This document shows, piece by piece, positions 40,989 to 51,946 of a DNA stretch of 64,000 nucleotides. Below the pieces are notes generated by a model. The model ran no database searches. It saw nothing but the letters and a program-made list of their open reading frames with translations, and had not been told where the DNA came from. This stretch comes from Phaeosaccion multiseriatum (Eukaryota > Protista > Ochrophyta, other classes), in assembly GCA_965112735.1 (NCBI GenBank), contig OZ218959.1, positions 2,666,001-2,730,000 on the forward strand. The letters run 5' to 3'. Numbering within the stretch: position 1 is the first letter of the stretch; the number at the start of each line of letters is the position of its first letter. The position numbers and the translations under genes were made by a program.

Positions 40989-42767
40989 TTACCAGAAGCG
41001 GAAGGGCGCGCGTACGCCGCCTGCACCGTCCTTCTTGTTCTCGGCGTCGAGCTTGGCACCCAGCTTGGCCTCCTTCCTTGCCAGCTCCATTCGCTCCTTC
41101 TCAACACGCTTGCGAGTTGCCTCCGACATGGGCTTGGTCGTCACACCGCGCTTGCCCTGAGAGAGACGGAGGGGGGAGGAGGGAAAGAGGGAGGGGAGGA
41201 GAGAAGCATACGGGCGAAGAGAGATGTGTGTGTTGGTGGGTATGTGAGAACCAAAAATCGAGGGAGCGGATGGCAGCTAACGGAAGGAAGAGAAGGGCAG
41301 ATCCATCCACATCCACACACGTACACACGTGCACACCCACACATCCACACATCTACACCCACCACAACACCACACAACCGCTCTCTTTCACACTGACCTT
41401 GAACTCCGGGTCGTAGCCGTTCGTAATTCCGTCCTTCACGCCGTTTCGCTGCCATCTCTGGTTCCATGGCAAAGGGGCCCCGCCGAAAATGGAGATGGAC
41501 TGCTCCTTCTTGAATCCTCCTCCTCCGTACTCCTTGTCCATCTTGGTCCACTCGACCTTCTTAGCCTCCTTAATAATTCCAAAGCCCTTCTTGGCATTTC
41601 GCCTGTCCTTTTGGCCCTTCAGGAGATCGGAGTTGTCCCATGCTCCACCTGTTTTGTTCGGGGGTTCGGTTTTGTTGGTGGTGTTGGGTTACAGGAGAGG
41701 AGAGAATGGGAGGGGAGAGGGGACAGGACAGAGAAGAGGAAAGAAGAGAAGGGCAGAGGAGAGAGGAGAGGAGAGGAGAGGAGAGGAGAGGAGAGGAGAG
41801 GAGAGGAGAAAAGAGTACAGGATCGACAAATGAGGGGGGGAAGAACGGCCAGATACGGCAATTCAGGATGTGGCAGGGGGAATGCAGCAAGTAAACCCCA
41901 CACACCAAACGTGCTGTATGGAAAACCCGCAACAGCTGCTGAGAGCAATACCAAGCCGAATGAAAGAGGAGAGAGCGAGAGAGGATTCCACTCCACATGA
42001 GCCGACACGTTACGCCTCACTCACCTCTTTGCATGTATGGCACGTCTTCGAGAGCAATCTCTCCTGATTTGACCTTCTTCGGGTCCACAGGGAAGAGATG
42101 CTTTCCCCCTGCTGCCTGCCATGCGGAGAACGATCTGCGACAAGCACAATTTTGCAGTAGTAGTAGGAGTAGTAAAAAAAAAAGAAGTAGGAGGAGTAGT
42201 TGGAGTAAGTAGTAGAATAAGAAGCAGTATGCAGCATAGCGAGACAGCGGCAATCAAGAAGAAGGCTACAAAGAGTCTCGCATCGCGTTTTCGTCAGGAC
42301 TTTCAACGCTCATTCCTCCCCGAGAGACTTGTCTTTGTTGCATGAAAGTTTACCAGGAAGCAAGAAACACGCGCGTCTCTTCTTCACACTGCGTACCGTA
42401 CCTGCTCTTGAAGCGATTTGGCCCCATGGCGCCAAGGTTCTTCTTCATCTCTTGCTCCTTCTTCTTAATCGCCTCATACTCCTGCTTGCTAAGCCCGTCC
42501 GGAATGTACACCATCTGCAAGCTGCTCCTGCTGCTCCTAGTAGAGGGGAGAGGAATAGAAGAGGCAAGAGAGAAGGCAACAGTCTGTGAGAAAGCATCCT
42601 CCAGGGCTCACATAAAAAAGACCATGGCGAGAGCGCACGGACCTGGAGCTCAGCTGCTGTCGGGATGCTCCTGTCAGCCTGCTGCTGCCCACGCCGCTCA
42701 GAGCGAAGGCTGAGGAGGTGTGCGCCAGCGAGAGCGCGCATAGCACCACAAGCACAAGTGTCGCCAT
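40989..42767 (-). CDS. Conserved uncharacterised plastid-targeted protein (YIPDGLS...PYMQRGGAWDNSD family)
   Basis: 5 exons splice in frame. Presequence MATLVLVVLCALSLAHTSSAF; mature part MVYIPDGLSKQEY..NLGAMGPNRFKSRSF..HLFPV..EDVPYMQRGGAWDNSDL..KKVEWTKMDKEY..PLPW. I recognise the pattern from diatom hypothetical proteins. Confidence 0.7.
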
Positions 42768-43086
42768 CGTCGATCCCGCCATCCTTTCTAGGTATACGGG
42801 ATGGGAAGAAATAAACCACGTGGGATGTGTCAACAGCACCAATGCACCCTGCTCTCACACAGAAGCGGCGTGAATAAGAGAAAATGGTGCACGAGAGCTG
42901 AAGCAAGATAGGAAAGAAATACGGCTATACAGGGCGAGGGTGCGGGGAGTTTGCTCGTTCAAGGAGAGGTGGGCCTCCACGTCATGAGAGGGGAACATTC
43001 AGTGTCAGGTTCTAGTTTGAAGGGGGGATCCGACGGTTACGATTTTTCTTCCAATTTTCAATTTTTCCTTCTCAACATGTAAGTTG

Positions 43087-44569
43087 CTATCTCTTCCCCT
43101 GCTCCCGCTTTTCCTGCTTGTCTCCCTCTCCTTGCTGCGCTCCAGCGGCGGAAGCCATCACTTGATCCTTTGGTCCAACATCAGCCCGCTCCCTCCCACC
43201 TCTACCACCTCCACCTTCCTCCTCTCCTCCTCCTCCTCCTCCTCCTCCTCCTCCTCCTCCTCCTCCTCCTCCTCCTCCTCCTCCTCCTCCTCCCTCGCCT
43301 TCTCCCCCTCCTCCTCCTCCCCCTCCTCCTCCCTCGCTTTCTCCTCGCCTCGTCTCCCTCCCCTCTCCCTCCTCAGGCCCCCTTCGCTGCTCTGCCTCCT
43401 GATCAGACTCCCCCCGAAACGGACTCGCAGACCCCACGCTACTACCCGCCCAGCTGCCACCCGCGCTCCCCGAACCCCCACCCCCCGAGGGAAATCTCCG
43501 TAACAGCCCATCTGACGACGAAGCGGTGCCGAAGCCCCCCTGGTCCCACGCCTTGCTCTGATGATGCTGGTGTATCTCTCTCTCAGCCACCCACTCCGCC
43601 TCTGCGGCCCACTCTGCCTCAGCATCGGAGCCACCGCCTCGCCTATGGGAAGAAGAGGCAGCAGAAGGCCCTGGAGAGTAAACTTTCCTACCGCTGCTCC
43701 TCCTCCTCCTCCTGCCAGTGCTGGTGCTAGTGCTAGGGCTGGCGCTGGCGCCACTGCTCGGAGCTCCGCCTCCTCCTCCGCCGCCGCCGCCGCCACCACC
43801 GCCTCCGCCTCCTCCTGCTCTCACTGCTCCTCCTCCTCCTGCTGCTGCTGCTGCTCCTCCTCCTGTGGCTCCTGCTCCTTCCGCTGCCGCCGCCCCTGCA
43901 ACATCTCCCCCAGCCAACTCCTCGCCCCTCCCGGCCGTTCCACCTTCTCCTCCTCCTCCTCCCCCTCCTCCTCCTCCTCCTCCTCCTCCTCCTCCTCCTC
44001 CTCCTCCTCCTCCTCCTCCCACTCCCCCTCCTCCTGCTGTTGCTCCTCCTCCCCCTCCTGCTCCTGCTCCTGCTGCTGCTGCTGCTGCTGCTCCTCCTCC
44101 TGCCGCCATCTCTCTGGACCTGCCGGACAGGAGCGAGTGCGAGGCGCTGCTGTCGGAGTGAGCGCTCAGCGTGTCCATATCATCATCCGACGACATTTCA
44201 TCGTAGCTTCGGACGGAAGAATCTGCAGATGAGTACCGAAAGCCGTCCTCGTCGGAAGCATCCGAAGAACAATTGGGGTGGAGGCGTCGCAGTCGCAGAC
44301 GCCGGGCAGAGAAGTCCCTCCTGCCGCTGCCGCTGCCGCTGCTGTTGCTGTTCACCCTTCGGAAGCGTCTACGCCCGCCCACACTCCCTAAATTCTGGGC
44401 GACCCATCGCTGTTGCTGTTGCTGCTGTTGTATCTGCTGCTGCTGTATCAACAACTGCTGTTGTATCACCAGTTGCTGCCCCTGTTGCTGTTGCTGTTGC
44501 TGCCGCGGCTGCTGCATCACCGACTGCTGCTGCTGCTGTTGCTGCTGTTGCTGCTGCTGTTGCTGCTGC

Positions 44570-44601
<32 letters not shown>

Positions 44602-45880
44602 TCGTTGTTGTTGCTGCTGCTGGTGGTGCTGCTGACTCGCGTAACTGCAAACCCCACGACCTTGGCCAATACGGCCTTCGCTGTCACCGGCCTTGCCACC
44701 ACCACCACCATCACTGCTGCCACCAGCATTCCCACCGCCGCCGTCACTATCTGCCTCGCTCATCCCCTCCCCTCCGCCGCTTCTCTCCCCTCCGGACGAG
44801 TCGCCGAGAGAGGGAGTACGCGGAGGCGGAAGAAGGGGGGCAGCTCCTCCTCGCTGCTCGTGCTGCCCCTGCTGCTGCTGGTGGTGGTGGTGCTGCTGCA
44901 GCGGTTGCTGCTGCGCATCGTGCAAAGCTCCACCACCACCACCAGCGCCACCACTACTGCCTTTTCCGGCCCAGTCATTGGTGTGTAGGTGATTGTGTGT
45001 ATGTGCATTCGATTGATCTCCCCCTCCACCGGCCGCTGCTGCTGCTGGTGCTGCTGCTCCTCCTCCCCCTCCTCCGGCACCCCCTCCTCCTCCTCCCCCT
45101 CCTCGCGCTGCTGCTCCCCCCTCCTCGCCTCCTCCTCCTCCTCCTCCTCCTCCTCCTCCTCCTCCTCCTCCTCCTCCTCCTCCTCCTCCTCCTCCCCCTC
45201 CTCCTCCCCCTCCTGGTTGCTCTGCTTCGCGGAAGCTAGTCGACCGGCGTGAGGAGGTTCCTCTCTCCCCACCAGTTCTATCTACTGTGTCCTCCGAGCG
45301 CCGCTGCCGCTTCCGAGTCGGGCTGCGTCTATACCCCATCCTCGCCATCGCTTCATCCATCAATATACCCTCTTGCTCCTCGTGCTGAGCCCTCCCATCA
45401 TCGTGTGAATAGCTATTGCTATTGACGCCGCCACCACTACCGCTTCCCATTCTCTTGCTGCCGCTGATGTTGCCCCCCGTACTACTACTGCTACGCAGCG
45501 AGGCCAAGAGCTTCCGACTCGCAGCCGCACTGGCCTCGCTAGCAGCCGAGGAGGAGGAGCAAGAAGACATGTTGTCGTCGTCGAAATCCACTCCCTCTCC
45601 CTCTTCCCTGTCCCCAGTAGTCTTGTCCTCGTTACCGTGCTGCTTCGCCAAGAGTCGCGTAAAGGCTGCGCTTGGCTCAAAGCGGCCATCCTGGGCACGA
45701 GCCCTCGCCCCCCTCGACCGTGCTCCCTCGCTGCTGCTGCAGTAGCTGTCACTGCCGCTCCCTGCATCGTTCCTTCCGTCTACGGCAACAGGGTGCCGCA
45801 AAATGCCCTTGTGAGAGGGGGGAGGCGAGCGGTTCTTACGACGGTACTCCGGCCTGTGGTCAGCAGAGCAGGGCAGCAGC

Positions 45881-45965
<85 letters not shown>

Positions 45966-47483
45966 CCAACAACAAGCATAACAAGAAGGGGCGTTACGTG
46001 AGGGGAAAGCGAGGGAGAGCTTTGATATGTGAGGGGCACGCAAGCCGTCTGCAACTGAACCGACCGCCAACAGGAACCCCACCTTTTCCTCCTCCTCCCC
46101 CCCCCCCCGTGGGACTGATTGGACTTACCGAGGGCGGCTCCTGTGGCTTCCCCTTCTCTGAGCAACGCCGGGAAGAGGCGCGGCGAAGGACACGCGAGAC
46201 CGACCGGTGCTGCTGTTACTCCCGTTGCTTCCGATACTCGACGAAGAGGAGGTTCTGTTCAGGCGCGACCCGTCGTGGTGTGGGTAGTGCGGCTGTTGGT
46301 TATCCAATGGGGCGATGACCGGGTCCCCTACGGTACTGCTCTCACTGTCGGACATGTTGGAACCCTCGCTGTCGCCAGACGTCGACCCCGCGCTGCTGTC
46401 TCGCCCAGTCACCACAGACAAGGATTCCCCACCTGCAATTCGCTCGTGGTCGTCTGCACTCAGCAGCTTCTCCTCCTTCTTGGACATATCACGGCGAGCG
46501 CACACCTCCAAGCTCTCCACATGTCCGGGGAAACTAAAGTCTTCACGTGAGTAGCCCGGTTCAATCTCGTGAACTTCTATGAGCTCTTGTCCACTCATGT
46601 CAGCCCAACTCACCTTCCGACTGCTTTCCTCAAAGGTGCTTATCGTCGGAAGGCTCGCCAGCATGTACTGCGGTGGTGCCGCCCCCGGGGGCAACGACCC
46701 AGATCGACCATGCCAATTTCCGTGCCAGTTTCCGTGCAGCCACTCCTGCGGCATACGTCCGCCGTACGGTCCCAAAGACGGTGAGGAAGAGGGTGACGAA
46801 GGGAGCCAATATAATGTGCCACCCCCCCCCCCCCCCTCCTCCTCTTCCTCCTCCCCCTCCTCCTCCTCCTGCGCCTCCTCCGCCGCCGCCACCACTACCA
46901 ATACCAGGGCTGCCACCACTGCTTCCTCCTCCGCCCCCACTACGCCACGGAGGGCGAGGGCAAGGCATGAGCAGGCTCTGAGAGTGACTCTCTTCGCTCC
47001 TCAGTGCCTCCATATCCTGCAGGGCCTGCAAGTGTGCTCTATGAGCAGCGTACTCTGTCGAGTGCTGACGCTCGCTGCGCTCCTCTTCCTCGTCACTCCT
47101 GGAAGCCGTACTACTGGCAGTGGCGGCTTCGTTCACATCCCTCTGCTTGCTGCTTCCCGCTTCAAAGTCAATACTATCCTCCTGCTGTGCTGGCTTCTGC
47201 TGCTCCTGCTGATGCTGCTGCTGCTGTCTCCCACCACTCCCATTGCCACTGTCTCCGGAAACGTCTGCACCAGAACCATCACCGCCACCCGTGGAGGAAG
47301 GAGATATCGGCGAGTGCGGTCGAGGAGTTGGTATGTGCAGCTCACGAGAGGAGGGCTCCCACATCTCAGGCCCACCCCGCAGGGAGCGACCATCCCCCCC
47401 TGGAGAGGGAGAGCGGGACCTGGGCATGCGAATCGCTGGTCTGAGCTTGAGCGAGGAGGCACTCGGGCTGCGACGTGGGTCTG

Positions 47484-47514
<31 letters not shown>

Positions 47515-49464
47515 TTGCTGCTCCTGTTGCTGTCTTGCATCCTCAAACCCTCCTCCTGCGCTCCTTCTCAAAGAAGACGGAGAACCGCCACCGGTAAGGC
47601 TGATGCCGGGGGTGCCGAGCAGCCGGAGAGTGGCCCTGTTCCGCTCCTCATCCAGCTCCCTCTGCCTCTCCATCTCCCTCTCGCTTTCGGACAAGAAGGT
47701 CCCGCCAGTGCGAATGAACTTGAGGCTCGCATCCTCCCCGTCCTCAATATCTGCTTCTTCTGCTCCTCCTCTGCCTCTCCATGAGGAGGGCGAGGAGGTG
47801 GACTGCACTTTCGATAGCGTGCCTCTCGGGCAGTGCCCCTCTCTGCTCGCCACATCAGCAGCAGCTGCTGCTGCTGCCGCTGCGACCTTACCGTGCCACT
47901 GCTGATTGTCGTCCCAGTATCGGCCTGCAAGGAGCATATGCTGAGGTTGTGCGTGCTGCTGCTGCTGCTGCTGCTGCTCCTGCTGCTCCTCGTGCTGCTC
48001 CTTCTGAGGGTCATGGTGATGGTGCGGTAGCTGCGGCTGGTGATGCTGCTGGTGTTGTCGCTGCTGCTGTTGGTGGTTGAAAAGATGCTGTGCGTCTTGG
48101 AAGTGATCATCAAGAGGGAAAGACCCGTCCAAAGACACGCTCGACATGCCCTCCCTTGACGTTGGGTAGGGCGACCCCACGACATAAGGCTGTGCAGAGT
48201 TCTGCGCCTGAGCCAAAGAAGAGGGCGACAAGAGGACCTCGCCTCTCCTCTCCCCTCTCCTCTCCTGTGTGGGACGCAGAGACTGGGGCCGAAACTTTTC
48301 GAAGGAGCGCTGACGACGCAAGCCTTGCTCCTTTCGCCTCGTGTCCTCGTCCTCATACCGCTGAAGGTTCCTCTCCACCACATCCCGCAGGTGGTTATAG
48401 AGCCTGCCTGTCGCCTTGAAGAGCCGAGACAGCCCCTGCTTGTCCGCCAAACGTTTCAACTTCTTGGCCAGCCTCGAAGCATCCGTCTCGCGCAGCATGT
48501 CAATGGTGACAGGCAAGCAGCTCAGTACGCCGAGCAATGTCTCCACATACCTCAGCCCGCCCACACCCGCCCATGGAGAAGGTCCACTTCGAGCATTCTT
48601 GTGTGTCTTTAATCGCTCCCACGCATCCTTCAGCCACCCACCAAGGATGAGGAAACCCTCCCTGTGCTGAAGGCTGTGCAGAGCCGCGATGCTGCTCTTC
48701 CCCAGCATCTCGATAGCCAGCACCCGCGTACAAAGAGGAGATTGCCGCTTAATAAAGCGCCACATGAATTCCTCCATTCGGTCTTTGGGCACCCCCTCCA
48801 CGTCGTTGCCTACAAATTGCCGCATATCGTTCATCACCGTCTTGGTTGCCTCGTCCGGAACGGGAGGCATGTTTGCCTGGGCTTTTACAGACGAGCTCCC
48901 ACTCCCACTGCTTTGGCCGCCGATCATGGGCATCCCTGCCTTTCTCCTTCTTCTGTAGCGATCTCCTCCTCCTCCCCCCCCCCCCCTCTCTTTTCTGTAG
49001 TCTCTCCCACTGGAGTACCCCCCCCCACCGCCGACCCCCTCGTCATCGCTCCCATGGGAAGTGGATCCTGACAGCCCCCCCCCCTCCCGTGATGATTTGG
49101 TCATTGGAAGAGCGTCAACCGCGTCTTCCTCGTACTCCGATGCACTAGCACTACCAGAACCGCCCAGCGCTCCTCCACCGGAGTATCGCCCCAGTGCCAC
49201 GAAGCCCCTGGAGCTGTCGCTACACACACTGCTACAAGTGGTGCTCGCAACATCGCTATCCGTAGCGCTGCCGGGGTCCAAAGTATCGTTTTCTCCGTAG
49301 TCTGATCTGCTGTCCACGCTTGCCACACTCAAGCTGTCTCCACCCATGCTCTCTGCATCCGCCTCAGACCCTACCGACGGGCAAGCGTCGTCATCCATCG
49401 CATCTGCTGCTGCTCCAGCCTCCGACAAAGGAGGATATTGCTGCTCTGCTTGCCGGTGTTGCTT

Positions 49465-49500
<36 letters not shown>

Positions 49501-51627
49501 CGGTGGTGCCGGTGCCGGGACGGAGTTGGAGCTCCTCACAGACCGCGATCGACGCGACTGTCGCAACTTCTGTAAACCCTCCAGCATGAGCGGACAGTCG
49601 CCTTCCAGCCAGTCACGCGTATGATTAAACACAAAGCGAGCATTGGAGCGGAGGTACGCTTGCGACAATCGGCCCTCTCGAGGAAGCCTCCGCCAGAGCT
49701 CTGTGGGACTAATGTCACCGTACTGGGCCGCTCCATTAACCACCGTCAGCACCAGTTGGGCCTTCTTCCTCAGGTCAGAGAAGCGAGACTCATAGAGGAT
49801 GTGAGGTGGTTCAACAAGTCGATACCACGCCCCCTTAAGAGCAGGAGTACTCGGCGTAGCAGCAGCAGCAGCAGGAGGAGGAGGCTGAGGAGAAGAAGGA
49901 GCAGCAGCAGGAGGAGGAGGCTTCTTCACCTCTTCCCCCTCTGCAGCTTGTCCTGCCGCCGCCGCCGCCGCCGCCGCTGCCACTGCCGGGCCTTGCCCGA
50001 GCCTGCCCTGTGCCCGCCCCTGGCTCTGCGGAGAAAGCGCCAACTCTCCAGTCTCTACCCACAAACCCTGCCCTCCCACGGCCCTGTCGATGGTCCAGCT
50101 CAGCACGCGAAGCGTGACGGGAAGGCGGTCGGGAGCGAGGCGGGCCAGCTTTGCCTCCTCCTCCAGCAGCGCTCTCCTCCCAGATGCCTCTCCAATCCCC
50201 CTGTCCTGCTCCTCCTGCTGCCGCTCCTGCTGCTGCTGTTGGTGCTGCTGCTCCTCCTGCTGATGCTCCCCATGACCACTACTACTCTGCGGAAAGCTGT
50301 CGGCACCATTCCCTCCCCCCCCGCTATCGCTATTAGACATAGTCCGGTCTGTCATGTCGCCGCTGGTGCCGGTACCGCTGCTATGGCCTCCAGTGTTGCT
50401 GCTTCCGTCTCCTATTCTACTACTGCGTGCTGCTGAGGACAAAGACGAGGCCGCCACGGAGGAGGCCGAGTGTGCTGCAGCTTGTGAGCCCCCCTGGGGA
50501 TTGCTGCGACTGAGCATCTCCTGAACGCGTATCTGCGCTGCCTCCACTGCTCCGCGCCTCTCTTCCTCTTCTCTTTCCGTATCCGTCAACACATCCATTG
50601 CGGTTTCAGTCCCTACATCCGACCCGCCCGCCGTTGTCTCCAAGGACAGCTGACGTCCACGGTTCTCCACCTCTTTCTCTTGCTGATACAGTGGCTGCTG
50701 GTGCTGGAGCTGATCATTTTTGTGGTCTGCCCTCCCCCCCCCCCCCTGTTGTCGCTGCTGCTGCTGCTGCTGCAGTAGTAGTTCCTGTCTGCGCATCTCG
50801 TGTTCCCAGGCAGCCTCGCCCTTGGCAGGCTTGATCAACTCCCCGCACGCCATAAGGAACTTGTACTCGGTAGATCGCCGGAGGGGGGAAAGGTCCTGCA
50901 GGTCTCGAGGGTTATCGTTCTCATCCAGAAAGAAGAAGTTCTGGGAGAGAGAGGGAGGCACGGAGCGAGGAGAGGATTACAGGGGGAGCGGGTGAGCGGT
51001 TGCGTTGCCATTGGGCGTGACGTGAAGTGGGCATCTTTCCCAGATCGAGGCGGAGAGTCAAAGCGTATCCGAAGGCAGTATGCCCGATCGCTTCATCGTG
51101 TCTCTTAAAGTCGGGCACAGGAGTGCACTTACCGTGAGTCTACGGTAGGGCCGTTGGTCGTCCGCCTCATCCTCGTACTCTTCTCCCCCCTGGTCCCCAC
51201 CGTTGCAGTGCTCACTTCCCGTCCTGCTACTGGCGCCAGGAGTAGGAGGCGCAGGCGCAGGAGCAGCAGTGTCACTAGCGCCCCCCGCCCCCTCGCCGTT
51301 GATGCCATCGCTGTACTCGCCCGGAGTCCGAAAGTCGTAAGCTGTACCATACTTTGCACGTACATCCTCCTCCGTCAGACAGGCGCCCAGAGAGCCAATC
51401 TTGAGCTCGTTCTCGTGCTGCAGCATTGCCACCACCGTGCTGTCTGAGTATTCGGACCTCTCCGACCTCTCGGACCAGCTCCCCTCACTCCCGCCGCGCC
51501 CATCCCCCCCTCCCCTACCCTCGTGGAGGGGCAAAGGCAAGACCACGCGGGAGTTGGGCACGAAGAGACCAGACGGCGTCCGCATCCCTTTCCCGCGGGA
51601 GGATGAGGGGGAGGGCTTCGAAGACAT
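43087..51627 (-). CDS. Large nuclear-type protein: DNMT1-type RFTS domain + TFIIS N-terminal (LW) domain + PP1-docking motifs (PNUTS-like); one frameshift at a C15 run
   Basis: Exons 51627-51133, 50940-46129 (frame change near poly-C 46822-46836) and 45853-43087. RFTS-like RPYRRLTNFFFLDE..LMACGELIKP and LRVLSWTID..LWVETG..AWYRLVEPPHILYESRFSDLRKKAQLV. TFIIS-N-like GFLILGGWLKDA..LLGVLSCLPVTIDMLRETDASRLAKKL. RKVSWAD..LIEVHEIE; KGILR. Confidence 0.65.
45880..45975. repeat. (CAA)n microsatellite filling an intron
   Basis: Long CAA run inside intron 45854-46128. Confidence 0.95.
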
Positions 51628-51946
51628 GGCTTACTTGGTAATGTATGCCCCCTTGTATCCTATTCAACGTGTCCTCTCCTCTCCTCTCCTTCTCCTAGAG
51701 AGGGGGACGGATCTAGCATCCGCCCTCCCGCCCCCTGATTCTCCTCGGTCCCTTGTCAGCCCTAAAGAGCAGTAGCGAGAGCTTGCGAGAAAGCAAGTGA
51801 GCAAGGAGCTTTGCTCCCCTTCGCTTCTTGAATATAATGGGGCGCTTATTGCCTTTTGGTTCGCTCCTTGAACATAAGATTACGTAAGGGAGGTTCCCCT
51901 CGCTCATGCTCTTCCAAACCCTGTCTTTATTTTATTAGTTTTCGCC

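Larger units (their letters stand above)
2288..44527. repeat. Dispersed short motif GCTGTATCACCAACTGC (about 20 exact or near-exact copies; span covers first to last copy)
   Basis: Copies at ~2288, 3650, 18287(rc), 18924, 21917, 22481(rc), 23156, 24098, 24519(rc), 24615, 26420, 26506, 26521, 26542, 26594, 26819, 26837, 29267, 40227, 44442, 44460 and 44511. Confidence 0.85.
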
